Origin: an uncultured Candidatus Rokubacteria bacterium
GTDB lineage: Bacteria > Methylomirabilota > Methylomirabilia > Rokubacteriales > CSP1-6
NCBI GenBank assembly: GCA_963848005.1
Contig: CAWKCA010000046.1
Span: 27,481-91,480, forward strand
DNA: 64,000 bases
Direction: 5' to 3'
Shown: piece after piece, positions 39,381 through 50,414 of the stretch
How positions within the stretch are numbered: position 1 is the first letter of the stretch
Layout of the letters: every line of letters starts with the position of its first letter
Notes under the pieces: model-generated
Database searches by the model: none
What the model saw: only the letters and a program-made list of their open reading frames with translations
What the model was told of the DNA's origin: nothing
Translations under genes and position numbers: made by a program

Positions 39381-40725
39381 CGCCTGGCTCCCGTCTCAGC
39401 GTTGGTTCGCCGGCAAGGCCCGGCGCATCGAGGGGGTGGCCGTGGAGGCCGTCGTCCCCCTCGGGCGCCAGCCGCGCTGGTCGTGGCGCGCGTGCGGCTC
39501 GACGACGGCGTGGAGGATCGCTACGCGCTGTCCCTGGCCACGACCGCGACGCCCGTCGACGTTCTGGCCGAGCCCGCCGTCGCGCGCGATCTTCTCCGCG
39601 TGATGACCACCGGCGCCCGCGTCGGCGGCGAGGCGGGGTCCATCCAGAGGACGCCCGACCTCGGCGGGCGGGCTACTCGTCCCCGACGATGTGACGGTTC
39701 GCGGACTCGGAGGCGAACAGAGCAACACCTCCATCGCCTTCGGTGACCGGCTCGTCCTCAAGCAGTTCCGCCGGTTGCTCCCGGAATCAACCCGGAGGAA
39801 GAGATCACCCGGTTCCTGACCGAGCGGACGTCGTTCCGTCACGCGCCGCGGCTCCTCGGCTCTCTCGCCTTTGAACCGTCCATGGGTCAGGCGGGCACCC
39901 TGGCCGTGGCGCACGAGTTCGTGGGCGGCGCCGAGGACGGCTGGCGCTGGATGCTCGGCCAGCTCCGCACCGTGGCCGCGCGGTTCGAGGACGCGCCGTG
40001 CGACGTCGAGGAGGTGCGCCGGCGGGCCGCGATGAGTCTCGGCGCTCTGCGACGGCTGGGCGAGCGCACGGGTCAGCTCCACGCGGCGCTCGCCTCCGAT
40101 CCCGGCGACCCCGAGTTCGCGCCGGAGCCCATCACCGGCGATGACGTCCGGGCTGGGCCGATGGAGTCTCCCGACAGCTCGAGGCGGCGCGCGCGGCTCT
40201 GGGCCGGCGCTCCCCGCGACGATTCCGGACGTCGCCTCCGCGCTCGCCGGCTTGGTGGGCGTGCTCAAGATCCGCCACCACGGCGACTTTCACCTGGGCC
40301 AGACTCTCTACCGGACCGCCGAGGCGGACTTCGTGATCGTCGACTTCGAGGGTGAGCCCCTGCGTCCGCTCGCTGAACGGCGGCGCAAGCACGCGGCCAT
40401 GCGCGACGTCGCCGGCCTCCTGCGCTCGATCAGCTACGCGGCGGCCGCCGAGCACGACGGCCGGCCCGCGAGGTGGCGCGAGATCTGGGAGGTGGAGGGG
40501 CGGCGCGCCTTCGTCGACGGCTATCGGTCCGCCGTCCACGGCAGCCGCTTCGTCCCGGCGACGGCGGCGGCATTCACGCGGCCGTGGCGGTTCGAGCTGG
40601 AGAAGGCGGCCTACGAGATCGTCTACGAGGCTGGCCACCGGCCCGCGTGGGTGGCCATCCCCCTGAGGGGCCTGGTCAGCGCGGCGGCGCAGGTTCGGGC
40701 GGCGGGATCTTCTGCCTCGGCGTGA
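39268..40725 (+). pseudogene. mak: Maltokinase (Mak/Pep2), with at least 3 frameshifts.
   Basis: Three frames carry successive maltokinase segments. The first is LPSAAALAAWLPSQRWFAGKARRIEGVAVEAVVPLGRQP. The second is ALVVARVRLDDGVEDRYALSLA. The third runs from ...LAVAHEFVGGAEDGWRW... to IRHHGDFHLGQTLYRT..DFVIVDFEGEPLRPLAERR...MRDVAGLLRSISYAA...WVAIPLRGL. Restoring a single G at about 39478 rejoins the first two. Confidence 0.65.
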
Positions 40726-41062
40726 AGAGCATCGGTCCTCACGTCCCACCCGTCCTGGTCGAAGGAGACGAAGAGGCCCTCCTCGTACATGAAGGCCGGA
40801 GACCCGCTCTGCTCCCCGACGCCGGTGGGCTGCCCCAGCCCTGGATGACGAGGGCGCGATTGAAGGTGCCCGGCCGGGGATGGAGCAGGAAGCTGCGGAC
40901 GATCTGCGGCCGGTAACCCTCGGGGGTGAGAAGTCCGAAGTCCACGACCATCCGCTCCATCCCCACCGGCGCCTGCGTCCCCTCGTACACCCACTGGGTG
41001 GAGTCGTAGCCGTCAATCTTCTGCGTGGAGCTGCGCGTGGCATCGCCATAGCGCCCGCGCAC
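40700..41062 (-). CDS. Small hypothetical protein, apparently frameshifted once.
   Basis: Two overlapping minus-strand ORFs, 40739..41062 and 40623..40994, carry protein-like segments: MERMVVDFGLLTPEGYRPQIVRSFLLHPRPGTFNRALVIQGWGSP and TGVGEQSGSPAFMYEEGLFVSFDQDGWDVRTDAL. No family was recognised. Confidence 0.25.
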
Positions 41063-41200
41063 GCGCCTCCATGGTGGTCTGGCCCGGATCGATCAATCCC
41101 CAGTCGAGCGCGTGGGCGCGCGAGGGACGTTCCGGCCACCCCGCGATCAGGAGCACGAGGAGGGCGACGCTCCCGCCCGCCGCGCCGACCCACGGCCTGC

Positions 41201-42747
41201 TCAGAAGCCCAGGGCCGCGCCGTCGCCACGCGGATCCGCGCCACCCCACAGCGTCCCGTCGCGCCACACGATGGCGTGCGCGTGGCCGACCCGATGGAGG
41301 AAGTCCGACTCCACCAGCAGGTGGTGTCCACGGCGCCGGAGGGCGGCGAGCACGCGCCGCGACACGCGGCCCTCGATGCGCGTGATGTCCGGCGGGTCGT
41401 CGGGCAGGAACGCGCCGATGAGAAAGCGCGGGCGCTCGATGGCCTCCTGAGGATCCATGCCGTAGTCGAGAAGGTTCGTGAGGACTTGCAGATGGAACAT
41501 GGCCTGGCCGTTGCCGCCCATGGTGGCGAATCCCGCCACGGGCTGGTCGTCCCGCGTCACGATGGAGGCCATCAGCGTGTGGAAGGGGCGCTTGCCCGGC
41601 GCCAGGGCGCTGGGATGCGCGGGATCCGTGCGAAAGTGGCGCCCGCGGTTGTGGAGCACGATGCCCGTGCCCGGCGGGACCACGCCCGAGCCGAAGGAGT
41701 GGAACAGGCTCTGGATCACGCTGATCACGTTGCCCTGGCCGTCGGCGACCACGAAGCCGGTGGTGTCTCCCTCCGGATCGCCGGCTTCATAGCTCTGGGC
41801 CTTCTTGCGGTCCAGGGCGCGCCGGCGATGCTCCGCGTACGTCTTGGCCAGGAGCCCCTCCACCGGCACGGAGGCGTGGGCGGGATCGCCGATCCAGCGA
41901 TCGCGATCGGCGTAGGCAAGCTTGGCCGTCTCGATCAGCAGGTGCAGGTGCTCGACGGAGTGCACGCGATGCCGCGCGAGGGACAGGCCCTCGAGGATGT
42001 TCAGGCCGATGAGCGCGGCCAGCCCCTGCGTGGGAGGCGGCGTCTCGTAGACCGTCAGCCCTCGATATGTCGTGGAGAGCGGCTCGCCCCACTCACCCTG
42101 GTGCGCGGCGAGATCGCCGGCGGTCACGAAGCCGTCGGCGTCCAGCCGACGCGCGATCGCCTCCGCGACGCGTCCCCGGTAGAACAGGTCCGGCCCCTCC
42201 GCGGCGAGGTCGCGAAGGGTCCGGGCGAGATCCGCCTGCACGAGCACCTCGCCCTGCGCCGGCGGCCGGCCGCCCGGGACGAAGATGCGATGCCACTCGG
42301 CATCATCGAGGCGCGGCGCCATCTCCTCCGCGGCCTGGCTGACCAGCCGCGTGCACGGAAAGCCGTGCTCCGCGTAGTGAATGGCCGGCGCGAGGAGCTC
42401 GCCCAGGGTCCGGGTGCCGAAGCGCTCGAGAAGCATGGCCCACGCCCGGACGCAGCCGGGGACGCTCACGGTGGCCGGGCCTGCCATGGGCAGGTCGGCC
42501 AGTCCGCGGCGGTGGAGCTCGTCGAGGCTCGCGCGACTGCCCGAGCGTCCGGCGCCGTTCAAGAAGTGCACCCGACGGGTGGCCGCCTCGTAGTAGAGGC
42601 AGAAGAAATCACCGCCCACGCCGCAGCAGTACGGCTGCGTCACCGCGAGCACCGCGTTGACGGCGACGGCGGCGTCGGCGACGGTCCCACCGGACTTCAG
42701 CAGCTCGACCCCGGCCAAAGTGGCCAGGGATGGCCCGAGGCCACCAT
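41201..42747 (-). CDS. ggt: Gamma-glutamyltransferase, with a single frameshift at the CCC run about 42727-42729.
   Basis: The ATG at 42747 gives MVASGHP in one frame. Then ...LATLAGVELLKSGGTVADAAVAVNAVLAVTQPYCCGVGGDFF...TTGFVVADGQGNVISVIQSL...GGADPRGDG continues in the adjacent frame. Inserting one C (CCC to CCCC) yields GMVASGHPLATLAGVELL, the GGT N-terminal signature. The catalytic Thr (TTGF) is present. Confidence 0.75.
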
Positions 42748-42759
42748 CCCCTCGCGTCC

Positions 42760-43843
42760 AAGGGCCACGGGCGGATGAGCTATAGCCGATCTGCGGCACG
42801 GCTAGGCCCGCCGCGAAGATCTTGGTGATCTCGTCCTGCTCGAAGATGGGGAGTGGCTCCTGGCGAGTGCCGTCGACGAGGAGCAGCCCCTGCTCCCGGG
42901 GCACGACCTGGCCGATGTAGTGACTGTCGATCCCCTCGCGGGCGAGCGCGTGGATCACGATGCCGGCCTCGGCGGGAGCCAAGGTCATGAGCAGCGCGCC
43001 CGAGGCGATGGTGCCGAGGGGGTCGAGCCCGAAGGCCCGGCACAGCGCGGCCCCTTCGGGAATCACGGTGATCCGGCTCCGGTCGATCCGAAGTCCCACA
43101 CCCGCGGCGTCGGCCAGCTCGCGCAAGGCGGTGGCGACCCCGCCTTCCGTCGGGTCGTGCATGGCGTGCACGGTGGCCAGCTCGCACGCGATCTCGGCCT
43201 CGGGCAGCACGCTGAGGCCGGGCTGGCGCAGGAGCTTCTTGGCCCGCGCCACCACGGGAGCCGGCACGCCGCGCGCGAGCAGCTCCGCGCTCCTTCTCGC
43301 GCGCGATGATGGCCGCGCCCTCCAGGGGCACGCCCTTGGTGAGGACGATGGCATCGCCGATCCGAGCGCCGCCCGTGGTCACCAGCTTGTCCTTCGCGAC
43401 CTCGCCCAGCATGGTGCCCATCGCGATCGGGCGATCGAGCCCGTACGTCACCTCGGTATGGCCGCCGACGAGAGCCACGTCCAGCTCGTCGCACGCCGCG
43501 CCGAGCTGCGCGAAGAGCGTGGTCACCGCGGCTTCATCCGTGCGCCCCTCGGGCAGCAGCAGGGTGGCGAGGAACCAGCGCGGTCTGGCCCCCCGCACGG
43601 CGATGTCGTTCGCGTTCACCTGCAGCGCGTACCACGCCAGCTCGTCGGTGGCGAAGGTGACGGGGTCGCTGGTGGCCACCAGGTAGCGGTCACCCATGTC
43701 GATCACCGCCGCGTCCTCGCCGAGGCGCGGGCCCCACGACGACGCGCGGGTCTTTGGGCGCGTGCCGCTCGAGCAGACTCCCGAGCAGCGCGGGGCGGAG
43801 CTTTCCGACGGGCAGGGGGCCGATCGGCCGTTCAGCGGGCATG
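42760..43843 (-). CDS. AIR-synthase-related (PurM-like; COG2144 selenophosphate-synthetase-related / HypE-like) protein, with 2 frameshifts.
   Basis: The ATG at about 43843 gives MPAERPIGPLPVGKLRPALLGSLLERHAPKDPRVVVGP. After a shift the N-domain ..LGEDAAVIDMGDRYLVATSDPVTFATDELAWYALQVNANDIAVRGARP...ALVGGHTEV... follows. After a second shift near 43290 the C-domain ...ATVHAMHDPTEGGVATALRELADAAGVGLRID...GALLMTL appears. It is not SelD because it lacks the GCGCK motif. The exact 3' end is unclear, and it abuts or overlaps ggt. Confidence 0.6.
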
Positions 43844-43869
43844 CGCTCGACCGCGCCCGGTCTCACGTA

Positions 43870-44580
43870 TACACGCGCGCTGCCGGTGCGACGGCGAGCT
43901 TCAGCAGGTCGGTGGTCAGATCGAAGAGCTGCGCGCAGCCGGTCGCGCCGCCCAGGAGCGACTGCACGCGCTTGGACAGCCCCGCGTCAAGGATCTCGCC
44001 CAACAGCGCCTGGATCTTGCCCTGCGGCTCCGAGCAGATGCCCGGGTACGGGAGCCGCGAGATCGTCGAGTCGCGCGCGCACGATGCGGCCGGAGGCGAG
44101 GTCGACCTCGTACAGGATCTCGAAGCCGTGCACGTTGTCGTGCATGGAGTGGGCGAGGCGCAGACGCTCGCCATCGCGCTCCAGGCGCGACACCTTGCGG
44201 CGCTCGAAGACGCGGCGCCTGTCCGGGGCGCGGACTGTAGAGGTCGGCGGTGGCCGCGGCCGCCACGCCGGCCATGCCCGAGCCGAGCGCCGTCCGGCCG
44301 TCGCTGTACGTGAAGCAGGAGTCGGGAAGGTCGATCCATCCCTCCCGGTCCAGCGCCCAGAGCCCCGCCGGCCCGCGGGCCGCCGCGCGCTCCACGCGCT
44401 CCCGGGGAAGGCAGGCGACCTGACGGGCGAGCCGGGCCACCTCGATCACCGCGTCGAGGAGCGCGTCGGCGCCGGCGCCGCCTCCCGGTCGCCTCGCGCA
44501 CGCGGCGGCCAAGGCCCGCCACCATGGCGGTACCCACCAGCGCGGCCGCCCCGTCGAGGGCGCGGGGATCGACGGCACCG
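43870..44580 (-). pseudogene. Hypothetical protein fragmented over three frames.
   Basis: Three minus frames carry protein-like pieces: ...ALDREGWIDLPDSCFTYSDGRTALGSGMAGVAAA, then ERDGERLRLAHSMHDNVHGFEILYEVDLASGRIVRARLDD, then LPYPGICSEPQGKIQALLGEILDAGLSKRVQSLLGGATGCAQLFDLTTDLLKLA. No family was assigned. Confidence 0.25.
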
Positions 44581-44829
44581 GCCACGGCGCGGGCGTGAAC
44601 GGAGCGGATGGCGTAGCTCGGCGAGGGCACGACCTCGGCGCTCAGCTCGATCCGCGGTCGGGATCGGTGATGCGAGACGGTGTGCACGAAGGCGTCGCCC
44701 GTCGCGGCACAATCCGACCAGCCGTGCAGCGACCCGCTCGTAGCGCGGCCGGCCCTCGAGCAGCGGAGGGATGTTCACGCGCGGATGGGAGGCCGCCAGC
44801 GCCGGAGGCGGAGACTGTTCGTCACCACC

Positions 44830-47034
44830 GAGACCGACGAGAACGCCATGGCCAGCCCGGCCAGGATCGGGTGAGAGGAGGATGCCCCACAGCGGATAGA
44901 GCAGGCCCGCCGCCACGGGAATCAGGACCACGTTGTAGCCGAAGGCCCAGACGCAGATTCTCCTTGACGATGCGGATGGTCCGCCGCGAGAGGTCGATGG
45001 CGGCCAGCACGCCGCGCAGGTCGCTGCGCATGAGGGTGACGTCGGCGGCGTCCATGGCCACGTCGGTGCCCGATCCCATGGCGATGCCCACGTCGGCCTG
45101 GACGAGGGCCGGGGCATCGTTGATGCCGTCGCCGACCATGGCCACCCGGCGGCCCTCCGCCTGGAGGGCCTGCACCTCGCGCGCCTTGTCCTCCGGCAGC
45201 ACCTCGGCCAGCACGCGATCGACGCCAGCCTGGTGGGCGATGGCCGCGGCCGTGGCGCGGTGGTCGCCGGTGAGCATGACCGCGGCGAGCCCGAGCGCAC
45301 GCAAGCCCTCGACCGTGGCGCGCGCCTCGGGCGGAGGCACGTCGGCGACGGCGAGCGATCCCGACGAGCCGCCCGGCCAGCGCGACGTGGACGACCGTCT
45401 TGCCCGTCGCCGGCCAGCGCGGCGGCGCGGGCGGCGAGCGGCGTGACGTCGATCCCTCTGCGCGTCCATGAGTCGCCGGTTGCCGAGCAGCACAGGCCCC
45501 TCGGCGAGGCGTGGCCACGATGCCCTGCCCGGGCAGGCGCCTGGAACCCGCTCACCGGCGGGAGCGCCAGCCCCAGCGCCTTGGCCCGGCCGACGACGGC
45601 CTCGCCGATGGGATGCTCGGAGCCCTGCTCGACCGCGGCGGCCAGGGCGAGCAGCGTCTCCGGCGTCTCGCCGGGGGCGGGCACGACGTCGCTCACCGCG
45701 GGGCGGCCCACGGTGAGCGTGCCGGTCTTGTCGAAGACCACGGTGTCCACGCGGTGGAGCGTCTCCAGCGCCGTCGCGCTGCGGATGAGCACCCCAGCCT
45801 CGGCCCCGCGCCCGGTCGCCACCATGATGGCCGTCGGCGTGGCGAGCCCCATGGCGCACGGACAGGCGATGACGAGGACGGCCACCGAGTTCGTCAGAGC
45901 CAGGAGGATGCTGGGGGCGGGTCCGAACAGCCACCAGGCGGCGAAGGTCAGCGCCGCGATGATGAGGACGGCCGGCACGAACACCGCCGCCACGCGGTCG
46001 GCCAGACGCTGGATCGGCGCTCGCGAGCCCTGGGCTTCTTCCACCAGCTTGATGACCCGGGCGAGCGCGGTCTCCGCGCCGACCCGGGTGGCGCGGAACA
46101 CGAAGGTGCCCGTGCGGTTCACGGTGCCCGCCGAAGACCGAGGACTCGGGTCCCTTGTCCACGGGAAGGCTCTCGCCGGTGAGCATCGACTCGTCGATGC
46201 TGGAGGCGCCCTCCACCACCACGCCATCCACCGGCACCCGGTCGCCGGGACGGATGCGCACGAGATCGCCCACGCGCACATCGGCGGCGGCCATGTCCGT
46301 TTCCGCGCCGCCCCGAATCACGCGCGCCGTGGGCGGGGCCAGGCTCATCAGCCGGCGGATGGCCTCGGAGGTGCGCCCGCGCGCGCGTGCCTCGAGCCAG
46401 CGCCCGAGGACCACCAAGGTGATGACCACCGCCGCCGTCTCGTAGTACGTCATGGCCCCGAGGGGCATGAACGCGTGCGGCCACAGGGTCACGGCGAGGC
46501 TGAAGAGATAGGCCGCGCCCGTGCCGATCGACACCAGGCTCGACATGCTGGCGGACCGATAGCGAAGATCGTGCAGGAGCCCGCGGTGGAACTGGGCGCC
46601 CACCCAGAACATCACCGGCGTCGTGAGGGCGAGCAGGATCCAGGGCTCCCGCAGCCAGGCCGGCGCCCAGGGAAACACCTCGGGCATGCTGCCCACCACG
46701 ACGGGCGCGGAGAGGAGCGCGCCCACCGTGACCTTGGCGCGCAACCGGCGCTGTTCTCGCTCGCGCTCTGCCGACTCGTCGGGCCGCGCGGGCCCGGCGG
46801 CGGGGGCGAAGCGCCAGCTCGTAGCCGGCGCGCGCCACGGCGGCTTGGAGGCCCGCGAGGTCCACGCGTCCGGCATCGAAGCTGACGGTGGCGCGCTCGG
46901 TGGCGAGATTCACCGACGCCTCGGCGACCCCCTCCACCTGGCGCAGGGCGCGCTCGACCTTGCCCACGCAGCCCGCGCAGTGCATGCCGCGCACCGGAGC
47001 GATGACCTGAGCCATCAGCGGCTTCCCGAAGCGC
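44830..47034 (-). pseudogene. copA: Heavy-metal (Cu+) translocating P1B-type ATPase CopA, with at least 4 frameshifts.
   Basis: An N-terminal HMA domain [24 protein letters not shown] sits at 47034. The TM and actuator regions and the CPC motif (VIACPCAMGLATP) appear in a second frame. DKTGTLT follows. The P-domain MLTGDHRATAAAIA...MVGDGINDAPAL...VGIAMGSGTDVA is back in the first frame, and ...IPVAAGLLYP is again shifted. All motifs are in canonical order. Confidence 0.7.
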
Positions 47035-47297
47035 GCGAAGATCTCGAGCAGCTCGTCGATCTTTCGCTGGCGATCACCCCGAGAGCCGGAGCGGAGGGCG
47101 TCCGCCACGCACGTCTCGATGTGGCGGCCGAGGAGGATCTTCTGGACCTGGGCCAGGGCGCCCTGCACCGCGGAGATCTGCAGGAGGATGTCCGCGCAGG
47201 AGGCGTCGGCGGCGATCATGCGCTGGAGCCCCTGCACCTGCCCCTCGATGCGCCGCAGGCGCCCCCGGGCCTTGCTCCGGACCTGGTCGTCGAGCAT
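47035..47297 (-). CDS. csoR: CsoR/RcnR-family metal-sensing transcriptional repressor.
   Basis: The protein [63 protein letters not shown]... contains the C-H-C ligand set of Cu-CsoR. As sequenced, it reads through in-frame into the copA start with no stop. Confidence 0.65.
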
Positions 47298-47343
47298 GCC
47301 TCATTACCCCTGGGGGGTACTATGGCCGTCCCCGCGAAACCTG

Positions 47344-47739
47344 TCAATCCAGGGGGGCTGGCGGCGCCCACCCCAGGTCATCGGAGGTCGAAGAGCGTCG
47401 GCTGGCCCTCGTCGCCCCGAGGCGTCGCGCGAGGGCGGCGACGCGCGGGGGCGCGGGCTTCTCCCCGCGAGCGGGCACGGCCCGGGCGGGGCGCGGGGGC
47501 TTCCAGCCCTTCTGATGCGCGATGCGCTCGCCCTGCTTGATGACCAGCAGGTCCACCAGGCGCGCCAGCGGATTGCGCAGCAGGAGGAGATAGCGCTCCC
47601 AGTAGCGCGGCGAGAGGGCCAGGGTCTTCATCTGGTCGACGGCCACGGTCAGGGCCGATCGGTCGCCCTTGCGGGATGCCGTGCGGAGGTCGGCCACGAT
47701 GCGGGCGGCGCTGACGCGCGAAGCGGGGGCGCGCGCCAT
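47344..47739 (-). CDS. Hypothetical protein (131 aa), translationally coupled to rng.
   Basis: The ATG at 47739 overlaps the rng TGA (ATGA). The sequence MARAPASRVSAARIVADLRTASRKGDRSALTVAVDQMKTLALSPRYWERYLLLLRNPLARLVDLLVIKQGERIAHQKGWKPP... is moderately complex. Confidence 0.4.
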   Translation of the reverse strand: MARAPASRVSAARIVADLRTASRKGDRSALTVAVDQMKTLALSPRYWERYLLLLRNPLARLVDLLVIKQGERIAHQKGWKPPRPARAVPARGEKPAPPRVAALARRLGATRASRRSSTSDDLGWAPPAPLD

Positions 47740-49263
47740 CAGCGCAGGAGGACCTCGAACTCATCGCGATGGACGTGGCCGGTCACCGCCTGCACGGTGA
47801 TCTTGCGGTCCAGGGTGGCCGCGAGCTTCTCCAGACCGTCCCGCGTCTCGGTCTCCAGGAAGGCGGCGAGGTCCGGGTGCACGCGGACCACCAGCTCCCG
47901 GCGGACGTCGGCGGCGGCCTTGGCCCGCAGGGCGCGGAAGACCTCGGCCGCCAGGGTGGCGTCGGTCTTGGTGACCCCGGAGCCCTGGCAGGCCGGACAC
48001 GCCATGGTGAGGAGCGAGCGGAGATCCTGGCGCACGCGCTTGCGCGTCATCTCCACCAGGCCCAGCTCCGAGATCTGCAGCACGTTGGTGCGCGCCTTGT
48101 CCTCGGCCATGGCGCGCTTGAGGGCCCGGTACACCTGCTCGCGGTGCTCCTCCCGCTCCATGTCGATGAAGTCGATGATGATGATGCCGCCGAGGTCGCG
48201 CAGGCGGATCTGCCGGACGATCTCGCCCACCGACTCGAGATTGACCTTGAGGACGGTCTGCTCGAAGTCCCGCTTGCCCACGTACTTGCCGGTGTTGACG
48301 TCGATGGAGACCAGGGCCTCCGTCTGGTCGATCACGATGTAGCCCCCCGAGCGCAGCCACACGCGACGGCGCAGGGCCTTCTCCATGTCTTTCTCGATGC
48401 CGAGCGACTCGAAGAGGGGCACCGCGCCTTCGTCGAGGCGCACGCGGTCGACCAGGGCGGGCACCAGGGAGCGCGCGTAATTCACGCACCGCTCGAAGAC
48501 GTCCCGGGTGTCGACCACGAACTCCTCCACGTCCGGGGAGAAGAGGTCGCGCACCACCCGGAAGGCGAGATCCATCTCCTCGTGGAGCGCGGCGGGCGCC
48601 GCCGCCTGCTCGAAGCGGCTCTGGATCTGATCCCACAGGCGACCCAGGAAGGCGATGTCAGCGGCGAACTCCTCCTCGCCTTTGCCCTCGGCGTTGGTGC
48701 GCACGATGAAGCCGCCGGGCGGGCGGAGTGAGGCCGCGCACCACCGCGCGCAGCCGGTCCCGCTCGTGCTCGTCGTGGATGCGGCGGGAGACGCCGACGT
48801 GACGGGCCTGCGGCATGTACACCAGATAGCGACCGGGGATGGAGATGAACGAGGTGACCCGGGCGCCCTTGCTCCCCAGCGGCTCCTTCGACACCTGGAC
48901 GAGAATCGTCTGGCCCTTGCGGAGCAGGTCCTCGATGGGGGCCGTGGCTTCCCGGCGGGGCGGCTCGTCCACGTCGGTCTCGGCCTCCGGATCCGCGTCG
49001 TCCTGCTCCAGCGACGGCGCACTCAGGCTCCCGGTGTTGGCCGTGTAGTCCCCGCCGTAGAGGAAGGCGTCCTTGACCAGTCCGATGTCGACGAAGGCCG
49101 CCTGCATCCCCGGCAGCACGTTGGTGACCACGCCCTTGTACACGCTGCCCACGATCGAACGCCGGTCGTGCCGTTCGATGAACAGCTCGGTGAGGAGGTT
49201 ACCCTCCTGCACCGCGATGCGGGTTTCCGTGAGTTCCGCGTTGACGACGATCCGTTTGCCCAC
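47739..49263 (-). CDS. rng: Ribonuclease G/E-family endoribonuclease (Rng/CafA-like), with one frameshift near 48700.
   Basis: The N-part MGKRIVVNAELTETRIAVQEGNLLTELFIERHDRRSIVGSVYKGVVTNVLPGMQAAFVDIG...ILVQVSKEPLGSKGARVTSFISIPGRYLVYMP has the S1 domain. The C-part, in a different frame, gives ...FIVRTNAEG...GGYIVIDQTEALVSIDVNTG...GGIIIIDFIDM...LVEMTRKR...ACPACQGSG, the RNase E/G catalytic core and Zn-link. Confidence 0.8.
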
Positions 49264-49317
49264 GGCAGCACCTCGCTGACGCCGGACCGCCCATCCACCT
49301 CGGGCAATCCGCGCGTC

Positions 49318-50409
49318 TCATTGGAACTGCCGCATCCGAACCGAGAGCAGGAGCCCGAGCGTCATGAGCGTGACGAGCATCGACGAGCCACCATAGCTCA
49401 TGAGCGGCAAGGGAACGCCCACTACCGGGAGAAGCCCGGTGACCATCCCCACGTTGATCAGGATCTGCGTGGCGAGGAGGGCGGTCGCCCCCAGCGCCAC
49501 CAGACGTCCCACGGGTTCGCGAGCCGAAGCCGCGATGTCGAAGCCCCGTGAGAGGAGGACAGCATAGCAGGCGAGGAGCAAGAAACAGCCGACGAATCCC
49601 CACATCTCGGCGAATACGGCGAAGATGAAATCCGTGTGACGCTCCGGGAGAAAGGACAGGCGGCTCTGCGTGGCGCCCGCCACCCCCTTGCCCAGGAGCT
49701 GTCCCGAGCCGATAGCGATCTTCGCCTGGATCACGTTGTACGCGCTCCCCAGGGGGTCGCGCACGGGATCCAGGTACACCATGATGCGTTCCCGCTGATA
49801 GTCCTTCATGACGAACCACGCCACGGGCATCACCGCGAGCCCGCCCGCGAGCAGCCCTCCCACCAGCCGCAGGGACAATCCCGCGCCCAGCAGCAGGGCG
49901 AGGAGGACGGGCAGGAGGACGAGCGCGGTGCCCAGGTCCGGCTGCTTCACGATCAGGGCGAACGGAACGGCCAGCGCCACCAGGCTCAGGCCCAGGGTCA
50001 GGAGACCGTTCGTCCGCGCCACCCGCGAGGTGAGGACCCAGACCGCCATGAGGACAAAAGCCACCTTGAACATTTCCGAGGGCTGGATGGCGAACGGCCC
50101 CACGCCGATCCATCGGCGAGCCCCGGATACGGTCCGTCCCAAAACGAGCACAGCGACGAGGGCCACCAATCCGGCCGCGTAGAGGGCGGGGGCCGCCCGG
50201 ACGATCCGGCGGTAATCGAAGCTCGCCACCACGAGCAGGGCGACGCCGCCGAGGCCGAACCACGCCAGCTGACGCCCGAGCACCCCGCCACCCGCGCGAT
50301 CGACGTGCAGGCTCTTGAGGGTGAGCGCGCTGAGGGCGAGGAGGACGACGGCGGTGGCCAGGAGCGCCCAGTCCACGTTCTGGAGAAGCCGACGATCGAC
50401 ACGAATCAC
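49318..50409 (-). CDS. rodA: Rod-shape-determining protein RodA (SEDS family).
   Basis: From a GTG at 50409 the protein reads (M)IRVDRRLLQNVDWALLATAVVLL...VGPFAIQPSEMFKVAFVL...FIFAVFAEMWGFVG...PLMSYGGSSML, the FtsW/RodA/SpoVE signatures. The ORF is intact. Confidence 0.85.
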   Translation of the reverse strand: MIRVDRRLLQNVDWALLATAVVLLALSALTLKSLHVDRAGGGVLGRQLAWFGLGGVALLVVASFDYRRIVRAAPALYAAGLVALVAVLVLGRTVSGARRWIGVGPFAIQPSEMFKVAFVLMAVWVLTSRVARTNGLLTLGLSLVALAVPFALIVKQPDLGTALVLLPVLLALLLGAGLSLRLVGGLLAGGLAVMPVAWFVMKDYQRERIMVYLDPVRDPLGSAYNVIQAKIAIGSGQLLGKGVAGATQSRLSFLPERHTDFIFAVFAEMWGFVGCFLLLACYAVLLSRGFDIAASAREPVGRLVALGATALLATQILINVGMVTGLLPVVGVPLPLMSYGGSSMLVTLMTLGLLLSVRMRQFQ

Positions 50410-50414
50410 GTACC

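Noticed and set aside
40880-42778. 632-aa plus-strand ORF
   Set aside because: This is the antisense of ggt.
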